Assembly (NCBI GenBank): GCA_050084515.1
Contig: CM114271.1
Span: 496,001 to 560,000, forward strand
Length of the DNA stretch: 64,000 nucleotides
From: Blasia pusilla
Taxonomy: Eukaryota
Direction: 5' to 3'
The notes under the pieces are model-generated. The model did no database searches. It worked only from the letters and a program-made list of their open reading frames with translations, and was not told where the DNA came from. Positions 59,300 to 64,000 of the stretch are shown here, in pieces. Each line of letters opens with the position of its first letter. The first letter of the stretch is position 1. The position numbers and the translations under genes were made by a program.

Positions 59300-62085
59300 A
59301 TATTGTAGGGATGTTTGTAAGATTTTCGTTAATAGATCAAGCATTGATATGGCATCAAGGAGGGAAGAAATCCTTGATTGAAATGGGTCAACAAATCATA
59401 TGGAGCGGGATGAAGCAAGGGCTACTCTAAAATTTCCAAGGTATGGATCCCATTCTCACTGTTAGAATGAAACTGTAGAGATTAGAGTAGAAAGGTAGTG
59501 TTGAGGACTACATTGAGGAGTTTCATCACTTATAGACACAAATCCGCGATATGAATGGGGTAAATTAAAGCCCTTGATCTCTTCAAACGAGGCTAAAAGA
59601 GGAAGATGCATGAAGAAGTGATTCAAGATAACACAAGGAATTTCAATGAAGCTATCGCATGTGCCCAATGCATGGAAACTATGTATGAAAGAGGAGAAGA
59701 AATAGTTACTTCTATGGACAACCACCATGGACCAACACCTATGGACTTGGGTAATCTTTGAGCACAAGGTGGTCATGCACCATAAAGATTTAATGGAAGA
59801 GTGTAAATGGAGAGAACTCGAAATTCCAACTTATAAGGGGTTACTCCTCAAACCGACAGGTTTCCTAAAGGAGGGAGAGAATTATAAGTTCGACAAGAAA
59901 CATATGCGCTAATGTTTTAAGTGTGGTAGATATGGTGACATAATATTGAATTATTGCTTTTGTAAGATGAGAAACATGCCATATCGTCGCCATGTCAATC
60001 ATCTAAAAAGAGGGACACTTGTATGAAGATGATGAAGGTGTTAACCTTTGATAACCCTAATACGTGGATATGAACATGTTCTCAATGAACATACATATTC
60101 TCAAGATTCATGCCCATGGCACCTGAGAACTTCACCATTACATAGCATCGTGACACATCAAGGTATATAACTCTTTAGGGAGAAGAATCCCAATTGACAA
60201 TTTGTGGGTTTCATCAGAGAGACTATGTCTACTTATAGTAGACAAAACCGATGATATTCGATATTATAGCATGACACATTATTTTGAGAGTATCTGAGCT
60301 TCTACCGTTTGATGTTCTTTTGTCAGAGGAATGTGATGGTATGGTTTGGAAAAACCATGTGTGCAATTATGCACTATGTCATATTTCTAACGTTAATAGG
60401 ATAATTGAACCAAGTTTGAAAATGGTACTTACATGCTTGCAAGGTTGTACATGGACAAAGTTCGTGTTCGCGGACATATCCATGTCCGTGGATTTACGTC
60501 AGTCCTATGGAAGGACTTGTTCATATGGGCCCCACCTTCCTCTTCTTTCTTATTTCCCCCCACTCGCCTACATGTTTCATACTTTCCCATTTCTTCCTTC
60601 CTTCCCCCATTTCCTCCTCTCTTATTGCTCCACTTGTCCTTGTGCCCTACCTTCCATCATGAACTATAATTGTGGGCCCCACCTCTTACAATCCATATCC
60701 GTGGACATGTCCAAACTTGTCCGCCCATGTTCATCTTAGAGACACACTTGTCCAATTTTGTGCAAGCATACATGTTTGCATTGTATCTTGTATGGATTTT
60801 CTAGAGGTACATGCACTATGCTAGTATTTGATGGATGCTCAAGAGTGTGGCTCTAGCATGTTTGAAGCCACCTATTATTAGGATTTCTCAAGGAAGGCGG
60901 ATGTGTCCCACGTGTGTATGGGATAAGTAGTTATAGATCTAAACTTGCTTGAGTGACATTAACAATAGAAAGGTGATTAACGTTGGGGCCATATCCAGAT
61001 TGCATATGGACAAATTTTCGTATCCGCGGATATGTCCATCTTATGGAAGGACTTGTCTATATGGGCTACTCCCTACCTATCTTGTCCCCCATCCCATTTA
61101 CCTCTATTCTTTGTGCTAACTCATTGCTTCCTCCCTTCCCCTTTACTGCCCCACCGGCCCTCATCCTACCTCCCACCCTGAGCCATAAGTATGGGTCCCA
61201 TCTCTTGTACTCCGTGTATGCGAACATATCCAAACTTGTTCTTTTTTATCCAACTATAGGCCATATGAACACCTTGATTTTTTTTCTTTTAACATCACAA
61301 AGATGTATGTCATAGTAGGAATGGATAGATGGCTATTTGGAGTTGGAGGGACCTAACCACTAGTTAGAGGAGCAATTAGAAACCTTTTGGTTCATTTTTT
61401 TTCGTACAATCCATGGTTGACTATGGTATCTTATGTTTAGGAGTTTATGGATAGTAATAACGATCAATATGGATGCACATAAAAATTATCATATCTTTTC
61501 TAACATAATATTAATAGAGAGTATTAATGTTATACTTTTGGGAAGATCAAACATCATTCTTAGAAGATTGAGGATACTATGCTAAGGAATAGGGTAATAT
61601 GAGTGTCCTCAAAATAAGTTGGAGCTATTTTGAGTGACTTACCATTTTCGGATAAGTTCCTTATTTTGAGGAAAGTTGGGTTTCTATTTGAAGAAAGTTC
61701 CTCACAACCAACTATCTTAGATTAGGTTTTATGAATTTAGTTGTATGCGTATGTCATCGGGGAGAGAACTTGGGAAGGTTAGAGTTAATTCCCTCTTTGT
61801 TGAGCCTCATTTTATGAGATAGAAAAGTTACGGTCCTCCTTGCCTTATGTGTGTATAACCTAAGTCTCTCACTATTACATTGGATTTAATTTGACAATGA
61901 GAGGAATAGAGTATTATGTAAGTGCGTGCTTGTTGGGTTTTGGCTCTTTTAATTGGAGATCTTTTGGTAAATTATCGTAAGTGTGCATGGACTCCATGAT
62001 TGAGTGTCTTATCTTTTGTTTAGGAATGTATGGATGGTGACAACAATATATATTATGTAGCGATGTTCATACTCACATCATAACA
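59300..62085 (+). mobile_element. Highly decayed gypsy element (gag Zn-knuckle remnant, 3' region, B-A-B terminal repeats)
   Basis: CFKCGRYGD knuckle-like remnant at ~59913. 60050-60440 and 60760-61000 match the reverse complement of ~29000-29700. LTR-end-like copy at ~61375-61485, then a diverged LTR at ~61487-62085. Confidence 0.6.
60452..60753 (+). mobile_element. ~300-bp non-autonomous element with short TIR TGGACAA...TTGTCCA, nested in the gypsy remnant
   Basis: Short terminal inverted repeat. Homologous to 52155-52460 and to a partial copy at ~61005-61250. Confidence 0.6.
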
Positions 62086-62701
62086 TATACCACATTTGAA
62101 TCCTTTCATACTTGATTTTATTTAATATTGACCTTAGCTTAAGGGAAAATGGAAAAAAGATTTAAGTTATCTTTCAATTTCTTTTTGATGTTTTTTCACT
62201 TTTTTTTGGGTAGTTCCCAATGTTTGGCATTTTTTATACAAATTAAGTGCTTGGATTTTTCCTTTTCTCCCTCCTATTTTATTATTTAACTTAAAATATA
62301 CTCTCTCTTTTTAAATCCCATGTCTTCCTCCTATTCATTAAGATTTATCTTAAATTTTATTTTTAATATTTTTTTGAAAATCCCAAGTCTCCTTAATATT
62401 CAAATTTTTTCTCATCTTCTAAAAAATTTGAGGAAATTTTTTTTTGAACTTTCAAGCGTGATTGGGAGGATAATTTAAACTTTATTTTGGAAGTAAAAAT
62501 TTGGGTCAAAAGAATACATTTTCAAAATGATGAGAGGTAAGAAGGTTTTCTACTTTTAAATAAAGGGTTTTCAAATTAGATTTTCAATCGTCATAATTAT
62601 TAAGTCAAAAATTATAGATATGATTATTTATATCAGATTATTGCATGTGAAACTCCTTCTTGGGACATGTTTCCAAGGGTTTCAAATTTGTTTCCCTAAC
62701 T

Positions 62702-62760
62702 TATTTAATACCTAACAAACAAAGAACTACATTTGTTCTTTGTTTGTTAGGTATTAAATA
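62702..62760. repeat. Perfect 26-bp palindrome, 7-nt loop
   Basis: tatttaatacctaacaaacaaagaac-tacattt-gttctttgtttgttaggtattaaata. Confidence 0.9.
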
Positions 62761-64000
62761 TCCAACTAAAAAAGTTTCAAGTCAAAATTCAGGATGTTAG
62801 AAACATATTTATGAAAGTCCTTATCCAACCGAGAAAGTTTCATGTGACACTTACATTGCCAAAAATATTTCATAAAAGTAGACAATGAAATGTTTCTCCC
62901 ATTGTAAGAACTTCATTGGATACTTTGAACTTTTTCATTTCCATCCACTCAATTGTATGGGCTCCAAATTACTAGTGTTATTTACTGATTCGTCTGATTT
63001 TCTTTCGAAATAAGACAACACTAGTATAGAAACCATGCTATGCAAGAAGACAAATAATCAGGTTGCCATATAAATTTTAAACAAAATTTTTGTAGCTCAT
63101 GTTACTGAAATATTCTTTTCCCATTGGCATATACTATATTAGAAAATAAAAAATCACCATCCCCTAATGATATAGATGACGCTCCATGTTTTTTCTTTTT
63201 TAAATGGCCTTATTTACCAGGTTCTTTCCGTACATAGTAATACTCCTTCGAATGAGAATACAAATTTCTGAAACACATGCTACGGATACGGATCATGTAA
63301 TTCCATTTGTTTAGACAAAACGAGTACTAAACAATCACTTTCGTTTGTATTTATTAGAGTAATAAAATAAATAAAACACTCACAATTTAAAAAATATTAT
63401 AAAATTTTGTCTCGAACATACGTGGCATAAGACGTTCACCTCCACTAAGTTTACGCAATGCACGTGAGCAGTGAGTAGTCCATCACAGATTCTGGGCTGT
63501 ATCGGGGTGGGGATACACAAGCCTTGCGCGTAGGGGCGTGCCTAAACATCCGCCCTAGCTTCTCGCAGATTTCTAAGGGCAGTTGTCGATTCCAGGCGGG
63601 GGATGGTATCATGGTAATAGAGGGAATAGGAAGCCATAGTGGCGGGACTCTACCGGATCTGAAAGCCACGGAATACGAGCCGGAGCACAGAGAGGGAGCG
63701 GGCCACGGTCAGTGGAAACGAATCTGGTCGCACACAGGACGATCACGCGTGAGCCGCAGCATTCGGGTCGACGGTTGGCGATGGGAGGAACAAAAGGCCG
63801 ATGTATTCGTGTACGCAGATTTGGCTCGAAAATATGCCGCACATGAAGTGTTCTATGATTGGGGTAGACTAACCCGAACGCTCTAGTGGAAACGAATCCG
63901 GTGCAGGTTTGGAGGAACATGGTGGGCTCGAAAGTGGTCGGGTTCTACAGGGTGGAAAGTTTATCCGAGCGCGGTGTGGAGACGAATCGGGAGGAGGTTA

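Noticed and set aside
63451-64000. GC-richer segment with short overlapping ORFs at the window end
   Set aside because: No recognisable domain or consistent exon structure. It may be the UTR or edge of a gene outside the window.

Overview
Eukaryotic, intron-rich land-plant DNA. The gene style and repeat content suggest a bryophyte or liverwort, but this is inference. Two multi-exon genes can be reconstructed exon by exon on the minus strand: a divergent Rcd1/CAF40/CNOT9-like gene (22342-26450, 11 exons, ~468 aa, probable GC-AG first intron) and a group II MscS-like mechanosensitive channel, MSL (35219-46086, 9 exons, ~1167 aa). A single-exon 469-aa orphan ORF with a C-terminal hydrophobic helix lies at 19722-21131 (+). 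Most of the rest is decayed transposons: Ty3/gypsy gag and pol remnants, about six copies of one gypsy LTR family (one a clean solo LTR with a 4-bp TSD), a Ty1/copia remnant with LTR and PBS, several MITEs, tandem repeats and short perfect palindromes. The strongest novel signal is a TATA-driven, apparently non- or weakly coding + strand unit (~6.8-9.4 kb) carrying a centrally bulged miR319/miR159-complementary site at 8601-8623, a candidate IPS1-like endogenous target mimic. The second is an unusual B-A-B terminal-repeat arrangement seen in two independent copies of the gypsy family. All calls were made by eye, without database searches.
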